Positions 27,447 through 37,283 of a stretch of DNA of 64,000 nucleotides are shown one piece after another. The stretch is from Candidatus Taylorbacteria bacterium RIFCSPHIGHO2_01_FULL_46_22b (lineage in GTDB: Bacteria > Patescibacteriota > Minisyncoccia > Phycocordibacterales > DSPV01), in assembly GCA_001820875.1 (NCBI GenBank), contig MHRF01000013.1:73992-137991 (forward strand), in the 5' to 3' direction. The notes beneath the pieces are model-generated. The model saw only the letters and a program-made list of their open reading frames with translations, searched no databases and was not told where the DNA came from. Position numbers and translations under genes: made by a program. The stretch's first letter is position 1. Every line of letters starts with the position of its first letter.

Positions 27447-28322
27447 ATGAAAACATCCCTGAACCTCGTCGTAGCCGCACTTCTCGCGGTTTTCATCAAC
27501 ATACCCTCGCCTGCTTCGGCCGGCGGCGGGAAGTACCAACTCGTCCTTACCCCAGCAAACCCGTGGGTGGGGCAGTCCTGTTCCCTCTTCATTGATACCC
27601 CAACGGGGATCTCAACGTGGGGCGACTGGATCGCTCTCTACCCCATCGGCAAACCACTCCAGTCGCAAACCGTCTACAACTTGTTGGGGCACAGAGACTG
27701 GACCATTGGTACCACATTCCATACCGCGGGTGACTGGGTTCTCCAATACATGGGAGGCGATGGCGTCGGCTTGTCTGAACCCATTATCTTCACTGTCAGG
27801 TGGCCTGATAGGTCAATCTATCAGGTCTCGGTCAGCACCAACCGAGTTGTGGTGGGTACGCAAGTCCGATTCGCGTGGAAGCTACTGCAAACGAACTTCA
27901 GCCGCACAGGCGACACCGTCGGCTACTACAGTCACGCCGATCCCAATCGCGTCCTGACAGATGTCATTACGCGGGCGAACACCGAGGGGAGCTACTACTT
28001 CCCCATGTCTCGACCAGGGACGTACCACTTCGGGTACTTCATTGGCGGAACTGCTGATAGAATTGCCGGCGAACCAATTGTGGTCACCGTCTTACCAATA
28101 CCGGTTCAACCCGCACTCGCCAAAACAGGTTCCACCACCACCATCGGGTGGTTTGGTCTATCGGGAGCAACTTACACGTTGCTCTCGACCACGAACCTGA
28201 ACACACCACTTGGTGGTTGGGAAAACATCGCCGTGCGGGATGGAGCGGGCGGGAATCAAACCGTCTCACTCCCTTCGCACGATCAACAGCGGTTCTACAC
28301 CGTGGTTGAGTCGTGGCCATAA
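27447..28322 (+). CDS. Secreted beta-rich (Ig-like) protein
   Basis: Signal peptide MKTSLNLVVAALLAVF..PASA; upstream TTGACA at 27390; C-terminal YTLLSTTNL..W...QRFYTVV. Confidence 0.75.
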   Translation: MKTSLNLVVAALLAVFINIPSPASAGGGKYQLVLTPANPWVGQSCSLFIDTPTGISTWGDWIALYPIGKPLQSQTVYNLLGHRDWTIGTTFHTAGDWVLQYMGGDGVGLSEPIIFTVRWPDRSIYQVSVSTNRVVVGTQVRFAWKLLQTNFSRTGDTVGYYSHADPNRVLTDVITRANTEGSYYFPMSRPGTYHFGYFIGGTADRIAGEPIVVTVLPIPVQPALAKTGSTTTIGWFGLSGATYTLLSTTNLNTPLGGWENIAVRDGAGGNQTVSLPSHDQQRFYTVVESWP

Positions 28323-28328
28323 CCACGA

Positions 28329-28931
28329 TCAGTTCTTCTTCAGTCGCCCAGGCTTTTGCTTGGGCGCCTTCTTTTTTACAGAATTTACTCTGTGCGATAA
28401 GAGACGCGGGTGGGTGCGCAAATGCCCTCGGGCGCGAGATAAAACTAATTTCACTGCATTAAGCGACTTGCCTGAAATCTTTGCAATTTCAGCAAAGGAA
28501 AGCTGGAGTCGATAATGCATCAATACAATCTCACGTTCATGTGGTGCCAAATCTGATACCGCTTTCCATAAACTTTCAAAATCCGAACGCTGTTCAGCTT
28601 CAATTTGGGTATCGTCAGGGATAAGTTCAGCAAATTCGATTGAAAGAGACGGGGCACGACGATATTGGTTCACCAATATATTGTGGGCAATGGTCAGCAG
28701 GTATGTAAGGTACAAGTGCCCGCGCGAAACATATGACGAAAGATGCGTCAGTGCGCGATAAAAAGTCTCTTGCATAAGTTCATCCGCTAAATCGCTGTTG
28801 CGATTTGTTTTGTACCAAAAATAATCAAAAACTTTTCGGGCATATTTTTTAAATAAAAGAGAGAATGCCGCCCTATCTTCCTTAGCGGCGCGCACAAGTT
28901 CCGCATCAGTTTTTGCCGCACGTGCAATCAT
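28329..28931 (-). CDS. ECF-type sigma-70 factor
   Basis: TDAELV...AFSLLF, ADELMQETF, IAHN; region 4 LSFAEIAKISGKSLNAVKLVLSRA. Confidence 0.85.
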   Translation of the reverse strand: MIARAAKTDAELVRAAKEDRAAFSLLFKKYARKVFDYFWYKTNRNSDLADELMQETFYRALTHLSSYVSRGHLYLTYLLTIAHNILVNQYRRAPSLSIEFAELIPDDTQIEAEQRSDFESLWKAVSDLAPHEREIVLMHYRLQLSFAEIAKISGKSLNAVKLVLSRARGHLRTHPRLLSHRVNSVKKKAPKQKPGRLKKN

Positions 28932-29068
28932 TATCGCGAAGAAAAATTGTTGCGGCGGCGCGCAGACTTCGTATGTGCAACTGCCACATGTTTTTTATAG
29001 CGAAACACCGATGACGTCCGATAGGCAGGCTGGCCGCGACTGTTCCCTACTTTTGCATAATTCTTCAT
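28931..29068 (-). CDS. Basic 45-aa small ORF coupled (TAATG) to the ECF sigma gene
   Basis: Manual translation MKNYAKVGNSRGQPAYRTSSVFRYKKHVAVAHTKSARRRNNFSSR. Confidence 0.4.
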   Translation of the reverse strand: MKNYAKVGNSRGQPAYRTSSVFRYKKHVAVAHTKSARRRNNFSSR

Positions 29069-29110
29069 AGACTCATTCTCGCACACAACAGTTCTATATG
29101 CACCGAGAAC

Positions 29111-29138
29111 ACAAAAGCCCCCGTACGGGGGCTTTTGT
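29111..29138. terminator. Bidirectional-looking terminator hairpin
   Basis: ACAAAAGCCCCCGTACGGGGGCTTTTGT perfect palindrome. Confidence 0.75.
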
Positions 29139-29380
29139 TCTCAATTACTCTGTAGCTTCACCTTCTTCCTCTCCTTCTGGTTTCGTCTCTTCGTCCATGT
29201 TCGTGATTACTTTTGTTTGTGCACCACTTTCGGTGCCCGCTGGTAAATACGACCAAACAAACCTTTCACACAGAAATGCTAGCACGATACAAACGGGTTT
29301 CCAAGCCCTTAAAAGGAAGACCTTCTAGGCGAACTTAAGGTGTTATCCACAGTTATACCCTGTTTTGGATTACACTCCGC

Positions 29381-30034
29381 TTACTTAGATGTTTTTCCTT
29401 CCTGACGAAAGAGTACGTATGAATACACAAGAGACCAAACTACCGCAAGAACCACGAAAGCTATCACAATGAAAAAAGATTGTGCAGGAAATAAAATTCC
29501 AGAAATTGAGGAGAAAATACCGGCAATAATAAATAGTGCACCTCCAATCCGATGTGTTTCTTTCCACACATAATCAGAGGAAAGCGTCCATGGCGTTCGA
29601 ATACCGAGAAACCAATTCCGCTTCGTCCGCGGAAGAATCGAACCAATAAGGAGAAAGAGGATACCGATTGCGGGAGCAGCAAAACGGCTGAAATTAAATT
29701 GCCATCCTAAATTCCAAACAATTGATAGAAGGTAAAAATATGCGAGAAGCAGTAAGATGGAAAAAACCATCAAATTATATTCTCTTCTAAAATCAGACAC
29801 ATTTTGTTTAAGCGGATCAATCTTGGGCAGAACTTCAAATAAGACTCCGAATACAAGTGCCAGTATCGGAATTAGAAAGAGCCCTATGAATTTCCCACCA
29901 TAACCGTCCACTCCTCCCTGCGCATTCCAATGGATAGCAAGTTGATCAGGCATAAAGGGAAAGAGGTAGATCGCCGTCACCCACAAAACCAAAACGGTGG
30001 CCGCGACAAGTATATAAAAGAGTTTTGATGACAT
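29381..30034 (-). CDS. SdpI/DUF1648-family membrane immunity protein
   Basis: PDQLAIHWNAQGGVDG; NWFLGIRTPWTLSSDYVWKETHR. Confidence 0.88.
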   Translation of the reverse strand: MSSKLFYILVAATVLVLWVTAIYLFPFMPDQLAIHWNAQGGVDGYGGKFIGLFLIPILALVFGVLFEVLPKIDPLKQNVSDFRREYNLMVFSILLLLAYFYLLSIVWNLGWQFNFSRFAAPAIGILFLLIGSILPRTKRNWFLGIRTPWTLSSDYVWKETHRIGGALFIIAGIFSSISGILFPAQSFFIVIAFVVLAVVWSLVYSYVLFRQEGKTSK

Positions 30035-30075
30035 ACAAAAATTATATCACAAACTATATCCGCTTGCGGGCAGAT

Positions 30076-31164
30076 TTAGCGCCTCTGCAACTTAAGTACC
30101 GGCTGGATTCCCGACTCCTCGACAGAAAATGTGGTCCTACCAATCAAAGCCCCCGTCTCTGTTTCCACATCCACCCGCCACAACCCCTTAGTTAAACTAG
30201 TCCCAACGGAATAGCCACGATACCCCGCATCCCGTCCCCCAGAAATATTGAAAGAAACTTCTTCCATCGATATCCACACATCAGAAATTGGATCAAAACG
30301 AGACCATTGATGCGTAATGCGAGTGGTAATTCCGGAGGGTGCAAAAATGGAGCTAAATGCAACTGCCGAGGGAGATGTCGAAGAAGCTAGATGGAAAGTG
30401 GAATCAATCGTGCGGAAGGTATACCACTTTGCTGGTTCATATGTCAGCACATAAGAGCCTGATGTGTCCCGCGCAACCGAGTGATAAATTCCGATTTCTT
30501 TAAGCGAAAGTGGAAGTGGAGGAATCAAGTTCTGAAAATATAAAAAGTTAAATCCTGCGTATAAAAACAGAACGCTCATCCAAATCCCCACTCGACTTTG
30601 TTCAAATCTTTCTCGCGCAAAAAAACGTGTCAGCCGGCCAACCAGTATGATAATCCCAAGACTCACCAGTCCGCTTATGATGAACGCAACAGTGCCAACC
30701 TGATGCATAAGAATCGGCACCGCAAATGATGTGTACAAAAATACCGCCACAAAAAATGCTGAAAACTGGAGTGTGAGCTTTCCATATCGACTTCTGACTA
30801 ATTCATTGCCAATGATAAACAAAACAATAATAACAATGAACGGCCAGCTGACCGAGAGCGATGCACTTCTAGAATAGAATACAAGCGATCCGCTGAATAC
30901 CGCACCGAAAGAGAATTGCGCCACCACCGGCAACCACTGTGCTACTCGCGCGGCTCCCCGAGAGAAAAGAGATTCACGTTCACGTTCAGTATCAAACGAG
31001 TTATACACCACGAGACAAAACGCCGCGATGCACAGGTAACTGATGAGAATGATATTGTCGAACAACAAATCAACACGACGTAAGGTAAGTTGGTCGATAA
31101 TCGCTCCTGCAAAGAAAGCGCCCGTTTCAAGATGACGCCTGTATTTTTTGATAAAAGATCTCAT
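30076..31164 (-). CDS. Membrane protein with a C-terminal DUF2914-like domain
   Basis: Multi-TM N-terminus; GGRDAGYRGYS...GLWRVDVETETG. Confidence 0.75.
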   Translation of the reverse strand: MRSFIKKYRRHLETGAFFAGAIIDQLTLRRVDLLFDNIILISYLCIAAFCLVVYNSFDTERERESLFSRGAARVAQWLPVVAQFSFGAVFSGSLVFYSRSASLSVSWPFIVIIVLFIIGNELVRSRYGKLTLQFSAFFVAVFLYTSFAVPILMHQVGTVAFIISGLVSLGIIILVGRLTRFFARERFEQSRVGIWMSVLFLYAGFNFLYFQNLIPPLPLSLKEIGIYHSVARDTSGSYVLTYEPAKWYTFRTIDSTFHLASSTSPSAVAFSSIFAPSGITTRITHQWSRFDPISDVWISMEEVSFNISGGRDAGYRGYSVGTSLTKGLWRVDVETETGALIGRTTFSVEESGIQPVLKLQRR

Positions 31165-31256
31165 CGTAATAGATAGCAGTATCTTACCAAATAAATCTCA
31201 CCTACCCTCTCGTCCTATCCCCACGGACAAGCTCGCGGGGTATCCTGCGAATCAAT

Positions 31257-32372
31257 CTAGCGTGCATCCACACCGATTGCCTCGCTGATTGAGTTATATG
31301 TATCACGATCAAGTAGACGAACGAGACCTCTGTTTATTTCAGAGACAAGCTGCGGCCCGACAAATACAAGACCTGTAATAAGCTGTATAAGCGATGCGCC
31401 TAGGCGGATTTTCCGGTACGCATCTTCTGCACTAAACACTCCCCCACACCCAATGATAGTTAATCTCCCTTTACTTGCCTTATACGCCCGCGCAATGAGG
31501 TGATCCGAATGTTTCTGCGTTGGAATCCCGCTGAAATTTCCGCGGGGCGCACTATTAATCTCTGCCGGCACAAATGCGGAGTCTTTGCGGTCATGCAACA
31601 AATTGCCAACAATAATCCCCTGCACAGGGAATTCAAGAACCACTGCGATAAGCTGGTCAAATTCAATCTCTGTCCGATCAATGGGCATCTTGATAAACAG
31701 AGGTTTTGAAAGTCGGAGTCCGGTGACAGCCATCAACAGTTCGCGGAAATCCTCCGGCGCGTAAAATGAAATAGATGTGTTGAGATTCGGACAGCTTATA
31801 TTCAATTCGTAATAAGAAAAAGGGGGGTTCGATTGCTCGGCCTTTCTAAATGTCGAAACAATATCAGCGATACCAGTCTCGAGTGTCTTTAAATTCGCCG
31901 TGTTAGTAATTCCAATACTTAAACCCACAGGAAAACGAAATCTCTTATTGGAAAGCCTGCCGAGGACTGCACTAATGCCATCATTTTTAAATCCTTTATT
32001 GACCAAAAGTGACCTTGATTTGACCAACCTGCCGAGACGAGGAGTTGTATTGCCTGCGTACGAAAGATTGGTGATAGTCCCAACAGTCTGGAAACCAAAA
32101 CCAAGCGAAGGGAGCACTTCCATTAGCTCTGCATTGTAATCAAACCCAGCGGCTAAACCAACCGGACTCCGAAAGGAAATGTCTGCAATAGACTCTATGA
32201 GTTGTGGATATTGGGAAACAAAGAGAGACGACATCAGTTTTCTGGTGAGAGAAAAATCTCCAAGCAAAACGCCAAGCCGTACCATAAGACGATGCACTGC
32301 CTCTGAATCAAAGCGAAATAGTATCGGCCGAACTATATACCGGTATAAGAGTGACGAGAAAGTGTTTACCAT
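31257..32372 (-). CDS. pyrD: Dihydroorotate dehydrogenase (class 2-like)
   Basis: PVGLAAGFD, ELNISCPN, IIGCGGVFSAEDAY. Confidence 0.88.
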   Translation of the reverse strand: MVNTFSSLLYRYIVRPILFRFDSEAVHRLMVRLGVLLGDFSLTRKLMSSLFVSQYPQLIESIADISFRSPVGLAAGFDYNAELMEVLPSLGFGFQTVGTITNLSYAGNTTPRLGRLVKSRSLLVNKGFKNDGISAVLGRLSNKRFRFPVGLSIGITNTANLKTLETGIADIVSTFRKAEQSNPPFSYYELNISCPNLNTSISFYAPEDFRELLMAVTGLRLSKPLFIKMPIDRTEIEFDQLIAVVLEFPVQGIIVGNLLHDRKDSAFVPAEINSAPRGNFSGIPTQKHSDHLIARAYKASKGRLTIIGCGGVFSAEDAYRKIRLGASLIQLITGLVFVGPQLVSEINRGLVRLLDRDTYNSISEAIGVDAR

Positions 32373-32582
32373 TCTCTTAGGTTACCGCCAATACAACAAA
32401 AAGCCAACAAAACCGAAGGAAAATTGACAAGGAGGTGAAAGTCTTGTCCTATATTGACAAGTTTTTGGGGGTATGTTAGTATCTTCTCTTGTCTGGGGAG
32501 AGTGGCTCTGAAGTTCAGAGACCAACGTCAAACCAGCGTTCCTACAACTACAACCAAACAGAGGCACAACACAGCATACCGT

Positions 32583-33128
32583 ATGAAACGAAACACACTG
32601 ATCGCCATTGTCAGCACCGGCATATTGATGACTACCCTCGCCTTCGCCGGCGACGCTCCGACGACTGCACCGGCCACGACGGGCGCGAAGATTGAGACTC
32701 CGAAGCCTACGCCGCCCGCGAATCTCCAGATCGCCGCGACCCACTTGGACCTGCAGATTAGTCCCGAGATCGCCTTGCGCATCATGGACGTCGAGAAAAC
32801 GACCGCCGCTGGCGTCACGGACAAAACGGCCATGAAAGGCAGCGCGGTGTACGTCTTCGCCCATCAACTCCGGCGCGTCAGCATTGAAAACGGTCAGCAT
32901 TATACGCTCCATTATTCGACCGCTTCCAAGCCTGCGACGGCCATGATTGACCTGGCGAAACTCAACGTGAAGGACGCCAACGGCGCCGAGAAGCTTGTCG
33001 CGATCACTACGACCGGCACCATTACCATCGCCGACATGAGTGAGCGCACGAAGATGACCACGGCATCCACGGCGACTTCGCCGGCGAACCAGCAATTGGC
33101 GGCGGCACCGAAGACGGCCACCCCATAG
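32583..33128 (+). CDS. Secreted Thr/Ala-rich hypothetical protein
   Basis: Signal peptide MKRNTLIAIVSTGILMTTLAFA; own TTGACA promoter and terminator. Confidence 0.7.
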   Translation: MKRNTLIAIVSTGILMTTLAFAGDAPTTAPATTGAKIETPKPTPPANLQIAATHLDLQISPEIALRIMDVEKTTAAGVTDKTAMKGSAVYVFAHQLRRVSIENGQHYTLHYSTASKPATAMIDLAKLNVKDANGAEKLVAITTTGTITIADMSERTKMTTASTATSPANQQLAAAPKTATP

Positions 33129-33146
33129 TCCCTCTGTCCTGCCCCT

Positions 33147-33182
33147 GCGGCGCTTCCTCTGGAAGCGCCGCTCTCTTTTTTA
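33147..33182 (+). terminator. Intrinsic terminator
   Basis: GCGGCGCTTCC-TCT-GGAAGCGCCGC plus T tract. Confidence 0.75.
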
Positions 33183-33199
33183 TAATCTTACTCTACCAC

Positions 33200-33757
33200 T
33201 CACCTATTTATAAGACTCTCTGCAAATTCAATTAAATGAGTCCCTACCAATACTGCGTCTGCTGACTGATCAATATCAGCAACTGTTTGTATATTGCTTG
33301 CCTGACAAAGCCATTCAGAAAATTCCGCACGCGCATCTTTGAATGATTCTTTTTTAAGTCCGCCCGAAGCAAGATCGCGCGAGTTCCAAACAGCGCGCTG
33401 TGATAGCGGGATTGACTTGAGTTCAGCAAGCGAAAGAGGTTCAATCAAACATTTTGATGTGTAGACGCTTGGCATCCGTCCCACTACCAAAACAAAGTCC
33501 GCACCGCACTCAATTGCACGGCGTATATCAGAATCTTCTTTATGTATCCCCTTTGCTAAAATCGGCTTCTGGGTCAAACCTCGCGCTTTCTCAAGTAATT
33601 CAAAAGACCCTCCCCAACGCGGATCCGTGTGGATTGAAATCATATCTCCTATTTCTTCGGCAACTCTAAAGAGATCTTCCCAAGATCTGTCAGATATAAA
33701 TCCAAACGGAGACACTGTTTTTACTTCAGCAATAATATCTATAGGATGCTGCTTCAT
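33200..33757 (-). CDS. Short indole-3-glycerol-phosphate-synthase (TrpC)-like TIM barrel
   Basis: IIAEVKTVSP, ISIHTDPRWGGSFE, PILAK, NSRDL, DAVLVGT. Confidence 0.65.
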   Translation of the reverse strand: MKQHPIDIIAEVKTVSPFGFISDRSWEDLFRVAEEIGDMISIHTDPRWGGSFELLEKARGLTQKPILAKGIHKEDSDIRRAIECGADFVLVVGRMPSVYTSKCLIEPLSLAELKSIPLSQRAVWNSRDLASGGLKKESFKDARAEFSEWLCQASNIQTVADIDQSADAVLVGTHLIEFAESLINR

Positions 33758-33798
33758 CAAAAGAAGTATACCAAGGACGCCCTCTTTCTGTTTATAGG

Positions 33799-34518
33799 TT
33801 ACATTCCCGCCAATTGAATGATTACATACAGCGTACCGATGCCAACGACAGTCATAAATGTTGTCCAGCGTACAGGGTGCTCATGATGGCTTTCAGGCAA
33901 CAGATCACTTGCACCGATATAGAGAAAAGAACCTGCAAACAGAGCCAGCACGATACCCAAAGTCATTTCCGATACACTGAAAAATAATGTCGAGAGAATA
34001 CCCAAGAGAGGAGCGCAGGCGTCTACCAAAAGCCAGCGAAATGCTTGTTTCGCTCCACCCCCATTTTTGAGAATAAAATTTACCGTGTTGATCCCATCAG
34101 AAAAATTATGTGCCAAAACAGCAACGGCGACCACCGCTCCAAGTGTCGTTGAAATTTGAAAGGCAAAACCAACACCAATACCATCTAAAAAACTGTGCAG
34201 GGACAAACTCAACGCACCAAAAACCCCTCTGCGCGGTCGAGTAGTTGCCTCATCGTGAGAGTGATCATGCAACAAAACTATCCGATCAATTAACATATAC
34301 GCGACAAAGCCTATGGCAATCAAAGAACTCACCGCCGAGATTGAAAAATATGAAGTGCCAATCTCCATCGCCTCCGGTATCAGATCAAAAAACGCAACGC
34401 CAATCACTGCACCGGCGCTAAATCCTAGTATCAAATGCAAACGATCTTTGAGCCGAAGCGCAAACAATCCGCCTAATATCGTAGTACAAAATGTCGCCAG
34501 TGCAATGAGATACAGCAT
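33799..34518 (-). CDS. ZIP-family metal transporter
   Basis: FDLIPEA, HDHSH loop, LHSFLDG, AHNFSDG, DLLPESH. Confidence 0.9.
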   Translation of the reverse strand: MLYLIALATFCTTILGGLFALRLKDRLHLILGFSAGAVIGVAFFDLIPEAMEIGTSYFSISAVSSLIAIGFVAYMLIDRIVLLHDHSHDEATTRPRRGVFGALSLSLHSFLDGIGVGFAFQISTTLGAVVAVAVLAHNFSDGINTVNFILKNGGGAKQAFRWLLVDACAPLLGILSTLFFSVSEMTLGIVLALFAGSFLYIGASDLLPESHHEHPVRWTTFMTVVGIGTLYVIIQLAGM

Positions 34519-34524
34519 AAAAAA

Positions 34525-34956
34525 TTATTTTGTTACACATTGTTTACAACGGCCAAAATACTCCAAAGAGTGTGAATTGATTTCTTTGAAAAACTTCGTG
34601 TGACGCGCAAGCGTCCGCTCAAGGTTCTGCACATGACAATCAGCGATGTCTTCAATCTTTCCGCACTCGCGACAAATCACATGATGGTGATGCCAATCAC
34701 TTTCTACCAGTTCATAGTGGGTATGTGCATGTCCAAGATCAACTCTCCGCACCAGACCTGTATGGGTAAATGCTTCAAGTGCACGGTACAGCGTTGCTTG
34801 GTCAAGTTTTCCTTTCACCAGCTTCAACAATTGAATGATGCTCAATGGTCTTCCTGCTTCTTTCAACACAGACAAAAGCAACGTGCGCCCTTGGGTCGCC
34901 TTGAACTTCTTGTCGCGCAGGAGTTTTACACAAGCATTTTCATCTTTTCGCTTCAT
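34525..34956 (-). CDS. Fur-family (Zur-like) regulator
   Basis: ATLYRAL, HHHHVICRECG, C-terminal CKQC. Confidence 0.9.
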   Translation of the reverse strand: MKRKDENACVKLLRDKKFKATQGRTLLLSVLKEAGRPLSIIQLLKLVKGKLDQATLYRALEAFTHTGLVRRVDLGHAHTHYELVESDWHHHHVICRECGKIEDIADCHVQNLERTLARHTKFFKEINSHSLEYFGRCKQCVTK

Positions 34957-35091
34957 GTATCTAGTATTACATAAACGCGAAACTTATGCAATTAGGGTTA
35001 TGAGACTCGCTAGAGTCTAAACTCTAGACATTTCCATGCAGCTATCGTATAGTCTCAAACGGAGGAATATCCTCTAGAAAGGAGGTGTGGT

Positions 35092-35619
35092 ATGCACTTT
35101 GCATCAGGACATACCCGCACAGTTCTCTTGATAGGAGGGGTGGCAATCAAGTTTGCCAGTCTCTTCCAACCGCGTTACTGGTTACATGGACTGAAACGTC
35201 TCCGTCTTTTTGCACAACGAAGAGAAGTCGGGGGCAGACTTCGACACTATCACCCCAACCCGTTAGCGGGAGGAATTCTCTATTATTTCTGGGGAATGCG
35301 TTCCAATCTACTTGAACGAGATATCTGGAGGGACTGTCAACATTTGCCACTTGCCCCAACATACGTCAGTTTCTGGGGATTGGTGAATATCCAACGACGA
35401 GGAACACCTATTCAAACCCACGAACTGGCGCTGTGCCCCTTCCGTGATCTCGCACAAGAACATCCCAACTGGAGTGATTTGCATAAGCCGGAACACTTCT
35501 GTTGGATCGGAGACCGAATTTGTCTGATTGACTGTGGTGGACCGGAACTAGGTGAGGCGCTTCGTGCCTATCGAAAAATACCTGTTGCGACAGGGAGGTT
35601 GCGAACTCAAACAACGTAA
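35092..35619 (+). CDS. Small protein-kinase-like hypothetical protein
   Basis: GHTRTV..GVAIKF, DLHKPEHF, CLIDCG; GGAGG RBS and a downstream hairpin at 35626-35654. Confidence 0.55.
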   Translation: MHFASGHTRTVLLIGGVAIKFASLFQPRYWLHGLKRLRLFAQRREVGGRLRHYHPNPLAGGILYYFWGMRSNLLERDIWRDCQHLPLAPTYVSFWGLVNIQRRGTPIQTHELALCPFRDLAQEHPNWSDLHKPEHFCWIGDRICLIDCGGPELGEALRAYRKIPVATGRLRTQTT

Positions 35620-35663
35620 ACTCTAGCCCGACCTCCACAACGTGGTGGTCGGGTGTTACTTTT

Positions 35664-36575
35664 TTATTTTTTTGTCTTAGGAGATTTTACCGCAGGATCG
35701 GAAAGTTTTTCGCCATACACCCCTTTCAGGAGATGGAGATCCTTTTTAGTTGATGTAAGCAGTTCTATATTTTTTGATTCAAGTGCGCGTAAAAATGCGG
35801 ATGACTTTTTATCTTTCGGCAGCAATTTCTCGTAGATTGTGCGGAGTGCGGCAACATCTTTTATAAAACAACTTCCACCTGCTCCCCGCCCACTCTTGTG
35901 CACTGGCTGCGCGTATCGATTTGAAATCAAAGGATCTGCACGAAGAGCTTGCTGGATCGGCGTCCAATCGGCGCCAAGCTTTTTAGCAAGATCGTACATC
36001 ACGTTAAAGAAAATGATTTGCACATATCCACTTGCATTGTGAGAATACTTGATCACTTCTGCCTCTGTGCTGGTACACGTGAGCGAAAAAGGTGAAGGAA
36101 GCAAGATTGAGTGTACTTTTTTTGCAGCTGCACGATAATCAGCATTATCCACAGGTAAACCGACAATATTGGCAAAGGGATGAGCTACATCATATGCCGC
36201 AGTGGACTCGCTCAAAAATTCAGGCGAATAGAGAACCTTTTTATTGGGGAATGCCTTCTGCAGACGAGCGGTTGATCCCGGAACTATAGTTGACTTGATT
36301 ACCGCAATTTTTCCCTTCCCGATAAGTTTGAGGCCTTCTTTTACCACGTCTAAACTAAATCCTTTTGGAGTAGTTGGGGTTGGTACTGCTATAAACGTAA
36401 TATCGCAATCTTTGATTTTGCTCTTATTGCCAACATATTGTGGCTCAAGACCATAACGAACAGTTATAAAACCGCTCTGTTCGAACGCATCTGCATAGTG
36501 TCTCCCCACCCATCCCTGCCCAATAAAACCGATAGTAAGATTTTGTTTTTTCATAAAAAGAGTGCGAACGTCCAT
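35664..36575 (-). CDS. UDP-glucose/GDP-mannose dehydrogenase family (short form)
   Basis: GQGWVG, IAVPTP, IKSTIVPG, SPEFL, GGSCFIKD. Confidence 0.85.
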   Translation of the reverse strand: MDVRTLFMKKQNLTIGFIGQGWVGRHYADAFEQSGFITVRYGLEPQYVGNKSKIKDCDITFIAVPTPTTPKGFSLDVVKEGLKLIGKGKIAVIKSTIVPGSTARLQKAFPNKKVLYSPEFLSESTAAYDVAHPFANIVGLPVDNADYRAAAKKVHSILLPSPFSLTCTSTEAEVIKYSHNASGYVQIIFFNVMYDLAKKLGADWTPIQQALRADPLISNRYAQPVHKSGRGAGGSCFIKDVAALRTIYEKLLPKDKKSSAFLRALESKNIELLTSTKKDLHLLKGVYGEKLSDPAVKSPKTKK

Positions 36576-36597
36576 TCTACCAGACCTTTCTTTTCAG

Positions 36598-37245
36598 TCA
36601 AAATTCAGCAACTGACCCTTCCCCCATAGATACAAATTCTATACCATCTGACAGGAGCACATTTCCGACAGCTCGCACCGCAATATAAGGCGGCATGTCA
36701 GTTCGAATCATCCCATCATGCACGGGGAAACACTTCTTTGGCTTGATTGCTTTTGCATACTCAATCGCCTCGGAGATTTTCATCCATGGAGCAACAACTG
36801 GCAATGCGAGAATTTCAACTGGTTTTTCGGGGTTGTAAAAAGCATCTCCGGGATAGAACAAGCGACCATCAATTAGAAATCCAGTATTTTCAACGGAAGG
36901 AATTGTTGGATAAATAACAGCGTGATCATGTCCATGCCCTTCAAAAGAAATCCCCTCCTGCATCAGTGAATCACCGTGCGAGAGTTTTGTAAAAGTGATT
37001 CCCTCTTGTTCAAGAAGTTTTCCGACACTGGCATTAGAGATGACCTGTGCGCGGGGATTGTTCTTGAGAATCTGCTTGAGAGAATCGGTATGAAGATGAT
37101 CTTGATGTTCATGTGTAATCAAGACGATATCAATATTCCGCTCGAGTGCCTGTTGTTCCACGCTGTACATTCCCGGATCGGTCATAATTCTTTTTCCACC
37201 GGTTTCAATAACAAGACAGCAGTGACTAATTTTCTTTATTTTCAT
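36598..37245 (-). CDS. MBL-fold metallo-hydrolase
   Basis: THEHQDH, YPGD, PVHDG. Confidence 0.9.
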   Translation of the reverse strand: MKIKKISHCCLVIETGGKRIMTDPGMYSVEQQALERNIDIVLITHEHQDHLHTDSLKQILKNNPRAQVISNASVGKLLEQEGITFTKLSHGDSLMQEGISFEGHGHDHAVIYPTIPSVENTGFLIDGRLFYPGDAFYNPEKPVEILALPVVAPWMKISEAIEYAKAIKPKKCFPVHDGMIRTDMPPYIAVRAVGNVLLSDGIEFVSMGEGSVAEF

Positions 37246-37283
37246 AGATACAGTATAGCGCCAACAACGTGCAACAAAAAGTA

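Noticed and set aside
29343-29351. Perfect DnaA box TTATCCACA (another at about 52270-52278) as oriC
   Set aside because: These are isolated single boxes, with no cluster, no AT-rich unwinding element and no dnaA/dnaN nearby.
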